DNA of 15,433 nucleotides from Candidatus Nanopusillus sp. GTDB lineage: Archaea > Nanobdellota > Nanobdellia > Nanobdellales > Nanobdellaceae. Of the stretch, positions 7,177 through 14,072 are shown one piece after another; the first letter of the stretch is position 1, and each line of letters opens with the position of its first letter. Where the stretch lies: the NCBI GenBank assembly GCA_036845085.1, contig DAIUEN010000013.1, forward strand, positions 1 through 15,433. The letters are read 5' to 3'. The notes beneath the pieces are model-generated. The model had not been told where the DNA came from. It made no database searches and saw only the letters and a list, made by a program, of their open reading frames with translations. A program made the position numbers and the translations under genes.

Positions 7177-8070
7177 GAAGCATTTTCTACTTAAATAATT
7201 TTCTAGATGTTATTGTAACTTAATGATAATATAAGAAAAATTTAAAAATTTTTACTACAATAGAAATGATAGATCTTCTTTCTAGGTATAAACTAATAGA
7301 ATTTATAAGAAATATTGATTCTTGGAGAAAATCTGAAAAAGCAGCATTTATTGTTCTTCAAAAAGCTTTCTAATTACTATACAATAAAAACTCTATTATA
7401 AAATAATATCGAAAAATCCATATCATTATAAAAAATACGAAGAGTATTTTAAGATGATCAGAGAAATAGTTAAAGCAGGTCTACCCAAATATTTCTGTCA
7501 TGCAGAAATACCAGATTTACAAAGAGAATAGTCATTTTCTATAAATTTTAGTTGTTTAAATTTAGAAAAATATAATAATGAATTTACTAGACATATTAAA
7601 GAAAATGAGGATGAAAGTAAAACAGTTGACTCTAGAGAATTAGATAAATAACTTGAAGAAATGTTTTCTAAAGAAATAGGATTTTTTAAGTTTTCAGCAT
7701 GTGTGGAAGTTGTTTTAGCTATATGATCTTTTTGACCCAACTTAATATACCAATAGTTACTATGTAGTTAAATTTTTTTTAGTTTTTTATTTAGACTATA
7801 AATAAATCTAGCTTTTGATCTATATACAATAGCAACTTTATTAATGATGTTATATCAGAATTAGAGAGAATATCCCTTTGATGGAATATAAAGATTAGGA
7901 TTATTACTACCAAATATAAGTAACAAATTAATATGACAATTTCCGTTAATTAATTTTTAATAATTTAATCTACCCTAATTGATATAGAAATTTATCAAAA
8001 ATTTGTTGCATAATTATATAAGTCATCTTTGGTCTACTACTAAGTAGTAATATATTGTATTTTTTAATAA

Positions 8071-9306
8071 ATGTTATTCTATAAAAATAAATTTATGACA
8101 ACTCTGAAATTTACTCTGCTTATAGTAAGTTTCTTATTATTTTCTATGGTTAATTTTATTTTTTCTTATAACGTAGTTTATAAAGATACAGAATATATAC
8201 CTAACATAACTATAGAACCGAATATTGATAATTATTTATTTATTCCTGGTCAAAATATTTCCGGATATGTAATAATAAAAAATAACGATCCATACTATTA
8301 TCCACAGATTTTTTTAGCCATAATGTTGATCAAAGAAGATACTTATATGACAAGTAACAATCAAGTATTATATGCGGAATTAAAGATGATATCAAATTTA
8401 TTACCTTATCAAAACTATGTAGTAAATTTTACATATAGAATTCCTGAAAATATATCTTCTGGTAATTATAAATTAATGTTTTATCTATACACTGCAGTAA
8501 AGCACATAATAGGTAATCCAAATTTTTTTAATTCTACTTTTTATCGAGAAATATACATAAATAATACAGATTTTAATAATTATCCTTGGATATCTATTTT
8601 AAAAAATGAAACCAAATTAATTAATGATTCTAATATACTAAAATTAAATTTAGCTATATATTCTAACGATTCCACTTCTGCAAAAATAAGAGTTAAATTA
8701 GCTAAATGGGATGCTTTACTTTATGGACCAATATTGGATAGAATTTTTGTTATAAATTTGACAAAGGGATATCAAACTTTAATGTTCGATTTAGTAAATA
8801 TATCCAATTTTTATGCAGATTATTATTATCTTTTAATAGAAGTTTATTCTGAAGAGTTATTACAAGATATGTACATTATACCATATCATATTTATGGAGA
8901 AGCTATCTTATTTGATGGAATATATCTTGATAAAAATGGAAAACTTTTGGTAGTTTTGTCTACTTATCCTAATAATAGTATTGTTCATAAATTATATAAT
9001 GTAGAGCTTAAAGTATTTTCAAATAAACAAAAATTTACTAAAACAATTAAAATAGGTGATGTGGTTTATGATCATACAACTTATGTATACATTGAAGATT
9101 ACGTCCCTATTAGTAACGGAATGGATTTATGTTTTAATTTAACTTATCAGAAAGAATTTAGCGGTTTAGTATATTTATCAAATATATGTTACACTTATTA
9201 TGTAGAAGAGAATAAGAACTTTTCAATATCTTTAACTAGATTAAAAGTTATATTAGTAATGATTGTAACCTTAGCAATAATAACTTACTTTATACTAAAG
9301 AAATAA
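8071..9306 (+). CDS. surface-anchored glycoprotein candidate (N-terminal signal peptide, C-terminal TM anchor, dense N-glycosylation sequons)
   Basis: 411 aa. The hydrophobic N-terminus is 'TLKFTLLIVSFLLFSMVNFIFS' and the C-terminal TM is 'VILVMIVTLAIITYFILKK'. I counted 14 N-x-S/T sequons by hand. The true start may be the ATG at 8095, because 'tttaataaat' ends 23 nt upstream of it. Confidence 0.7.
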   Translation: MLFYKNKFMTTLKFTLLIVSFLLFSMVNFIFSYNVVYKDTEYIPNITIEPNIDNYLFIPGQNISGYVIIKNNDPYYYPQIFLAIMLIKEDTYMTSNNQVLYAELKMISNLLPYQNYVVNFTYRIPENISSGNYKLMFYLYTAVKHIIGNPNFFNSTFYREIYINNTDFNNYPWISILKNETKLINDSNILKLNLAIYSNDSTSAKIRVKLAKWDALLYGPILDRIFVINLTKGYQTLMFDLVNISNFYADYYYLLIEVYSEELLQDMYIIPYHIYGEAILFDGIYLDKNGKLLVVLSTYPNNSIVHKLYNVELKVFSNKQKFTKTIKIGDVVYDHTTYVYIEDYVPISNGMDLCFNLTYQKEFSGLVYLSNICYTYYVEENKNFSISLTRLKVILVMIVTLAIITYFILKK

Positions 9307-9314
9307 GTGTAAAA

Positions 9315-9324
9315 TTTATAAATA
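9315..9324 (+). promoter_or_regulatory. TATA box (contains TTATAAAT) for CDS 9349..10110
   Basis: An exact TTATAAAT at 9316-9323 ends 26 nt upstream of the ATG. Confidence 0.45.
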
Positions 9325-9348
9325 CTCTTATATATTTTATCTATTATA

Positions 9349-10110
9349 ATGTTTAGATCTATAATGATATATCTGAAATATTACAAGTTACTAACATTGT
9401 TATTTATGGTAATATTCTTTTATTTTGGTCACTATTCTCATGGACAAACATCCAAAATTTATGATGGAAATTATCTTTGTGATTATAGTCAATTGAGAAC
9501 ATTAAAATTTAATGCAATATATCCTCGAGGTTTCCCTCCTATGTTTCCTTTTTCTCTATGTGCAGAAACATATACTAGATATGAAACAACCTATGTAACT
9601 TATACTTCTACAGTAACAAGTACAGTAACCAATACAGTTTATGTTACTAATACTGTTACTGTAACCCAAACTGTGACTGATACTTACTATGTATCCACAA
9701 CATTAACATATTACGTATATAGAACATCTACAACATATGTTACTGTAACAAATACAGTAACTTATACGACAACACGAACATCTACTATTTATACTACAGT
9801 TTATTCTACAACAACTACGACAATATATGGAACTCTTACTGTTACATCTACTTCTACAGTAACTTCTACAGCTACTGCTTATACTACAGCTACAACAACA
9901 GTGTATTCTACAGCTACTTTTACATCGACTATCGCAGGAACCGCTACTACAACATCTACAATATGGAGTACTATATATACTACACTTTCTACAACTCAGA
10001 CACAAACAAGTACAATTACTAGTACAGTAACTAACAATGTATATACTACTGTTACTCTTACATCTACTGTAACGGCTAAAAAAACTTATTATACTCTATT
10101 ACAATCATAA
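9349..10110 (+). CDS. secreted Thr-rich protein (signal peptide, short 2-Cys head, ~170-aa Thr-alternating array, no membrane anchor)
   Basis: 253 aa. The signal-like N-terminus 'KLLTLLFMVIFFYFGHYSHG' is followed by 'YLC...SLC'. From residue ~74 the array runs 'TYVTYTSTVTSTVTNTVYVTNTVTVTQTVTD...'. It has a strong TATA box at the leaderless distance. Confidence 0.7.
   Translation: MFRSIMIYLKYYKLLTLLFMVIFFYFGHYSHGQTSKIYDGNYLCDYSQLRTLKFNAIYPRGFPPMFPFSLCAETYTRYETTYVTYTSTVTSTVTNTVYVTNTVTVTQTVTDTYYVSTTLTYYVYRTSTTYVTVTNTVTYTTTRTSTIYTTVYSTTTTTIYGTLTVTSTSTVTSTATAYTTATTTVYSTATFTSTIAGTATTTSTIWSTIYTTLSTTQTQTSTITSTVTNNVYTTVTLTSTVTAKKTYYTLLQS
9568..10074 (+). repeat. low-complexity Thr-codon array (ACN-GTN/TAY/TCN period-6 DNA repeat)
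   Basis: By hand count, about 79 of 169 codons are Thr, frequently at every second codon. It generates the spurious Cys/Ser/Arg-rich antisense ORF 9703..10005. Confidence 0.85.
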
Positions 10111-10115
10111 ATACG

Positions 10116-11246
10116 ATGAATAATACAAAGTATAGTTTGAAGAAGATTCTTAGTTATATTTTATTGTTTATTTTTGTATTATATAATTTTCCATCTATTT
10201 ATAGTAATTGTCAACTTATTGGTTTCAATCCTATAAATGGTTGTGAAATGTATGAATGTTATGTTACTGTAACATCTACTGTATATGTTACTAACACAGT
10301 TTATCGAACTGTAACTTACACATCTACATATTATTCTACAGTTACTAATACCGTTACAGTACGAGTTACAAAGACATATACATATTATACTACAGTCACC
10401 GATACCGTTACTGTTACATCAACAGTTACTTCGACTAATACAGTTACCGCAACGACAACGCGATATCTTACAATTACTACAACTTATGTTCTAACTAGTA
10501 CAGTAAATTCTGCTACAGCCACCACAACAGTATATGTCACTAACACTCAAACAACAACGACAACTGTAACTGCTTCAACAAATACTGTGACCTCAACAGT
10601 TACTACAACTATAACAACAAATATAGCTACAACCACCATTACTACGACAACAACATTAACAACAACATCTACAGTTTATTCTACTATTACTAATACACAA
10701 CATACAACAACCACAACAACAACTACATTTACTAATACATATTACTCAACAACAACCACCACAACCACCCTTAACTATGTATCTACTATAAGATTTAGAG
10801 GAATTCTTAATCTGGGATCAATTAATCAAAGTTTCGTCCAGTCTATAGACTTTCCTATAGTTGGAGAAAGAACAATTTTCTATTTAAATATATCCAATTT
10901 AGGAAATGCTACTGTAAATAATATGATTTTAAGATTTTCTCTTACTGGAGGAAATATAAGGATGTTTTATAATAATACCGAAATTTCCTCATTAGATGCT
11001 ATTGTTATTTCTTCTGAAATTCCACCAAACGGCTATATAATAATACCATTTGACATGAATATACTAGCTTTTGGATCTTCTAGTTTAGATATATATGTTT
11101 TTGTAGATAACCAATACTTAGGGTATGTAACCTATCAATTTAACGTTAAGCCAGAAAATAGACAAAGTTCTCTAGTTATCTCTGAAAATATAATATATAT
11201 TTTGGCAATTTTTATTACCGTTTTACTAATATGGTTAATCATATAG
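10116..11246 (+). CDS. membrane-anchored Thr-rich surface protein (signal peptide, 3-Cys head, ~177-aa Thr-rich array, CARDB-like beta-sandwich region, C-terminal TM)
   Basis: 376 aa. The signal is 'ILSYILLFIFVLYNFPSIYS' and the head is 'NCQLIGFNPINGCEMYEC'. The array runs from 'YVTVTSTVYVTNTV' to 'HTTTTTTTTFTNTYYSTTTTTTT'. 'FYLNISNLGNATVNNMILRFSL' resembles CARDB/APHP-type domains, and the C-terminal TM is 'IIYILAIFITVLLIWLII'. It starts 5 nt after the previous stop. Confidence 0.75.
   Translation: MNNTKYSLKKILSYILLFIFVLYNFPSIYSNCQLIGFNPINGCEMYECYVTVTSTVYVTNTVYRTVTYTSTYYSTVTNTVTVRVTKTYTYYTTVTDTVTVTSTVTSTNTVTATTTRYLTITTTYVLTSTVNSATATTTVYVTNTQTTTTTVTASTNTVTSTVTTTITTNIATTTITTTTTLTTTSTVYSTITNTQHTTTTTTTTFTNTYYSTTTTTTTLNYVSTIRFRGILNLGSINQSFVQSIDFPIVGERTIFYLNISNLGNATVNNMILRFSLTGGNIRMFYNNTEISSLDAIVISSEIPPNGYIIIPFDMNILAFGSSSLDIYVFVDNQYLGYVTYQFNVKPENRQSSLVISENIIYILAIFITVLLIWLII
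10260..10790 (+). repeat. low-complexity Thr-codon array, shifting from alternating T-x-T to homopolymeric Thr runs
   Basis: This covers residues ~49-225 of the CDS. Mixed ACA/ACT/ACC/ACG codons are used. The region around 10700-10775 is nearly G-free on the + strand. Confidence 0.85.
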
Positions 11247-11263
11247 CTCATATTAATCACATC

Positions 11264-11271
11264 TTAAAAAT
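11264..11271 (+). promoter_or_regulatory. TATA-like box for CDS 11293..12513
   Basis: 'ttaaaaat' ends 22 nt upstream of the ATG at 11293. Confidence 0.35.
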
Positions 11272-11292
11272 TTTTCTTTTATTTATTGGATT

Positions 11293-12513
11293 ATGAACCT
11301 AAAAACATTAATAATTTTAGTATTTTTAGTTTTTATTATTTTGGTGACGTTAGATTATTTTTTAGCAAATTTTCCTAAAAAAAATTTAAATATAAAAGTA
11401 TTGGAAATAACTATTCATAATCCAACAGAATGTACACTTTTTGTCCCATACCAACAAAAAATACGGGTTAATGGTTCAATTATGGAGAAATACAAAATAA
11501 ATACAGATGGATCTAATGTTTTTTTCTTTACTAATTTAAGTAATCCTAATGAGTCAATTTTATTTTCATGGTTTGCTGGATACTATGGAAATGAAGCTAT
11601 ATGGTGGGTCAAATTAACTGATAAAATCCCGCCAAATGGAAATATTACAATATATATGTATATAGGATCTCCAGAAGATAATTACTATAAATCTTATTAT
11701 CCGTACGTAGGAATATCTTCTTTTGTATATAATAATTATAGCTGGGGACCTAAGAGCCAATATGATAATGGTAAATTTGTTTTTACTTTTTATGGATGGT
11801 TTTATGAGACATTAGACGGATGGTATGGCCTTATTAAACATGGTTCATATAATGTGACTCCAACAAATAAGGGAGTTGAAATGATTGGAAATACTATAAA
11901 TCAAGGATCTTATATAATGCCATATAATACTGGTAATATTAGTATAGCTCCAATAATTGTAGAAGAGGGTTGGTTTTATGATGGAGAAGCAGATGCTCAT
12001 ACAATTTCTTTATTTGGCGAATCATTTTTTGGAAGGAGTAGAGCAGTTTTTGCTTCTGGAGTCAACAAGCTAGGTGGTTCTACACCAGCTCTTTACGGTT
12101 CCGTATTTGTCCAATATGAATACTATAATCTATCACCTAGAATATATATATCTTACATAGGAAGTAACAATTCTTTACAGTTATACGAAGGACCTTTTAT
12201 TATCAATAAAACCAGTAATTATTTATATACATACTTTGCAATAGACTTTTGTGATAATGATAGTAAAGTATACGCAAGTACTGGATACTTTTTATTAGAT
12301 AACATACCGCCAATTTCCCTATTAGGTACTCTAGATAGTAATTATAGAGTTTCTGTGGAATTTGATAGGAAAATGTTATCTGGTAATCATTTTGCAATTG
12401 GTGCTGGGAGCGGTTTAGAATCTACTTCCTTACAATCTGTTTTCTGGATTGTAGGTAGAACCCACCCACCAAGAGGAATTATGCCAGAAGTATATTTTAG
12501 AGAAATAAGATAG
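11293..12513 (+). CDS. N-terminally anchored extracellular protein with a DUF2341-like plus ConA/LamG-like region
   Basis: 406 aa. The signal-anchor is 'LIILVFLVFIILVTL'. 'DGSNVFFF...ILFSWFAGYYGNEAIWWVKLTDKIPPNGNITIYMYIG' fits the DUF2341 pattern (dG.di.F...l.yw......a.vWVK.p.i...g..tIYmYYG). I counted 11 N-x-S/T sequons by hand. Confidence 0.6.
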   Translation: MNLKTLIILVFLVFIILVTLDYFLANFPKKNLNIKVLEITIHNPTECTLFVPYQQKIRVNGSIMEKYKINTDGSNVFFFTNLSNPNESILFSWFAGYYGNEAIWWVKLTDKIPPNGNITIYMYIGSPEDNYYKSYYPYVGISSFVYNNYSWGPKSQYDNGKFVFTFYGWFYETLDGWYGLIKHGSYNVTPTNKGVEMIGNTINQGSYIMPYNTGNISIAPIIVEEGWFYDGEADAHTISLFGESFFGRSRAVFASGVNKLGGSTPALYGSVFVQYEYYNLSPRIYISYIGSNNSLQLYEGPFIINKTSNYLYTYFAIDFCDNDSKVYASTGYFLLDNIPPISLLGTLDSNYRVSVEFDRKMLSGNHFAIGAGSGLESTSLQSVFWIVGRTHPPRGIMPEVYFREIR

Positions 12514-12524
12514 TGACATTATTT

Positions 12525-12533
12525 TTTATAAAT
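12525..12533 (+). promoter_or_regulatory. TATA box (contains TTATAAAT) for the GT-C gene
   Basis: An exact TTATAAAT at 12526-12533 ends 21 nt upstream of the ATG at 12554. Confidence 0.45.
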
Positions 12534-12553
12534 TTTTTTAAAGTAGATAAGTT

Positions 12554-13738
12554 ATGAATATATTTTATAAAATATATGAATTCATCCAAAGAAATATAAT
12601 AATTGAAAAAATCTATAAGTTTATATTAAAATATCCATTTTATTTAATCTTGTCTATTCTGCTAATTTTTTATACATATAAAACGATCTCTGTATTTTAT
12701 CCAATTGATTCTTATATATCTGACGAAGTATGGTATGCGTCTTCTGCCTATAATATTTTTACAAAGATCTTTAGAATTCCTATTGAACAATATGTACCTT
12801 TTCCAGAAGGAAAGAATCTTGAAAATTATTTTAATCTAGAACATCCCCCATTAGCCAAATATATAATAGGATTTTTTATATTTCTATTTGGATATACATA
12901 CTGGGCTTGGAGAATTCCTAGTTGGATAATAGGAAATCTTATAGTAATTTTATCATTTTTAATAACTAGAAAAATAGTTGGTGAAAATGTTTTTGGGAAT
13001 ATTGCTGGTATAATTGTAGCAGCTTTGATTATGTCAGATCCTAATATATGGATTATGCATGGAATAGCTATGTTAGACATATATTTAGCATTCTTCTCTC
13101 TATTGTCAATATATTATCTATTAAAAGATAAAATTATTTTGTCTTCAATATCATATGGTTTAGCATTATCTTCAAAATTACCAGCCGTATTTTTAATATT
13201 CCCTTTTTTATACTATATAACAAAAAAATATAATGAAAGAATAAAAAGATTAATATATGGAATATTGATTCCTTTTTCTGTGTATGTGATTTTAAATATA
13301 CCGCTATTAGTATATTTTGGTCTAACTAAATGGTTTTATGATAGTTTTTTACATGGTTTCGAATGGGGAATAACTTCAGGTCACATATCGGATGCTCCAA
13401 ATCAGGTTTCAAAACCATGGCAATGGTTATTAAATATAAATCCATTTTATTTTGGGACATACTATAGCAATGTATTTTATGCGAATGTAAATATATATTT
13501 TATGATCTTATGGTTAGTAACCATACCAATAATGTTTTTAGTTAGAGATAATAAAATTATTCTAGTAGGAATTTATCCGTTATTTATGTATTTTGGTTAT
13601 ATATTGATATATATCTTGGGAAATGATACATTGTTCAGTTTCTATGTTTCCCAATTTATGCCTTTAATATACATTTATGTAATCTCCTCTTTGTTTTTGT
13701 TGGGCTTAAAATATTACTACAGAGATTATAAAATTTAA
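12554..13738 (+). CDS. GT-C fold glycosyltransferase, PMT-like (GT39/PMT_2 family; polyprenyl-phosphate-sugar:protein O-glycosyltransferase candidate)
   Basis: 394 aa and multi-pass, with roughly 9-11 hydrophobic segments. The first extracytoplasmic loop carries the acidic motif 'ISDEVWYASSAYNIF' (compare FDE.YY..dA in bacterial and eukaryotic PMTs). It is followed by 'LEHPPLAKYIIGF' (compare the HPPLGK signature). Confidence 0.72.
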   Translation: MNIFYKIYEFIQRNIIIEKIYKFILKYPFYLILSILLIFYTYKTISVFYPIDSYISDEVWYASSAYNIFTKIFRIPIEQYVPFPEGKNLENYFNLEHPPLAKYIIGFFIFLFGYTYWAWRIPSWIIGNLIVILSFLITRKIVGENVFGNIAGIIVAALIMSDPNIWIMHGIAMLDIYLAFFSLLSIYYLLKDKIILSSISYGLALSSKLPAVFLIFPFLYYITKKYNERIKRLIYGILIPFSVYVILNIPLLVYFGLTKWFYDSFLHGFEWGITSGHISDAPNQVSKPWQWLLNINPFYFGTYYSNVFYANVNIYFMILWLVTIPIMFLVRDNKIILVGIYPLFMYFGYILIYILGNDTLFSFYVSQFMPLIYIYVISSLFLLGLKYYYRDYKI

Positions 13739-13743
13739 AAACG

Positions 13744-13752
13744 TTTATAAAT
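13744..13752 (+). promoter_or_regulatory. TATA box (contains TTATAAAT) for the small membrane protein
   Basis: An exact TTATAAAT at 13745-13752 ends 22 nt upstream of the ATG at 13774. This supports that ATG over the TTG at 13756 used by the ORF track. Confidence 0.4.
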
Positions 13753-13773
13753 GTATTGATAAAAATAATTTTT

Positions 13774-14013
13774 ATGTCTGAAGAATATGAAGAACTTTAT
13801 GCAACGAAACCTCAAGTTATTCTTTCTTTAATTACTACAATAATAGTTTTATCAATTATATTACCTACCTTATTTTTATTCCCATTCAATATTAAATTAT
13901 TTCTGGCTGGTGCTGGAACTATTCTTTTATTGATTATATTAGATGTTTTTGTTTATTTATCTTATTTAGGAAAATTTCCCCTTTATAGAATTAAGAGATA
14001 TAAGAAGGAATGA
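13774..14013 (+). CDS. small two-TM membrane protein (79 aa from ATG 13774; the ORF track extends to TTG 13756)
   Basis: It has two hydrophobic helices, 'VILSLITTIIVLSIILPTLFLF' and 'LFLAGAGTILLLIILDVFVYLSYL', and a basic tail 'RIKRYKKE'. The TATA box sits at the leaderless distance from ATG 13774. Confidence 0.5.
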   Translation: MSEEYEELYATKPQVILSLITTIIVLSIILPTLFLFPFNIKLFLAGAGTILLLIILDVFVYLSYLGKFPLYRIKRYKKE

Positions 14014-14043
14014 TAAATTGTTTTAACTATTAAGTAGTAAATG

Positions 14044-14053
14044 CTTATAAATA
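14044..14053 (+). promoter_or_regulatory. TATA box (contains TTATAAAT) for CDS 14073..15425
   Basis: An exact TTATAAAT at 14045-14052 ends 21 nt upstream of the ATG at 14073. Confidence 0.45.
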
Positions 14054-14072
14054 TTATTTATAAGATTTTTTT

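Noticed and set aside
7498-7740. 80-aa minus-strand ORF in the non-coding gap
   Set aside because: It needs a TTG start, is Ser/Leu-rich low complexity, and has no TATA-like box at the leaderless distance. It is most likely a chance ORF.
7843-7900. C/D-box sRNA candidates ('aatgatgt', 'tttgatgg') and similar 'atgata' words at 7222 and 7263
   Set aside because: No properly spaced CUGA D/D' boxes occur about 12 nt downstream, and there is no terminal stem. UGAUG-like words are frequent in AT-rich DNA.
8034-8050. The shared word CTAYTAAGTAGTAA upstream of both 8071 and 14073 (also at 14027-14040), and the small palindrome TACTAC-TAA-GTAGTA
   Set aside because: A rough estimate for a 15-kb sequence with ~75% A+T predicts many such 13/14 matches by chance. 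The distances to the two start codons differ (-30 versus -42).
9703-10005. 100-aa minus-strand ORF, extremely Cys/Ser/Arg-rich
   Set aside because: It is the antisense reading of the ACN-GTN Thr/Val codon array of CDS 9349..10110. Its composition is a mirror artefact, and the sense gene has a signal peptide and a well-placed TATA box.
9568-10074. Calling the T-x-T ladder an ice-binding or antifreeze protein
   Set aside because: The resemblance is only to the T-x-T motif. There is no regular solenoid repeat length or Cys ladder like those of insect AFPs, and nothing in the window suggests a cold-adapted host. It is kept only as a structural analogy.
9568-10790. Repetitive DNA that might be mistaken for a CRISPR array or tandem satellite
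   Set aside because: There is no fixed-length repeat/spacer organisation. The periodicity is at the codon level (period 3/6), and both tracts sit in-frame inside long ORFs with signal peptides.
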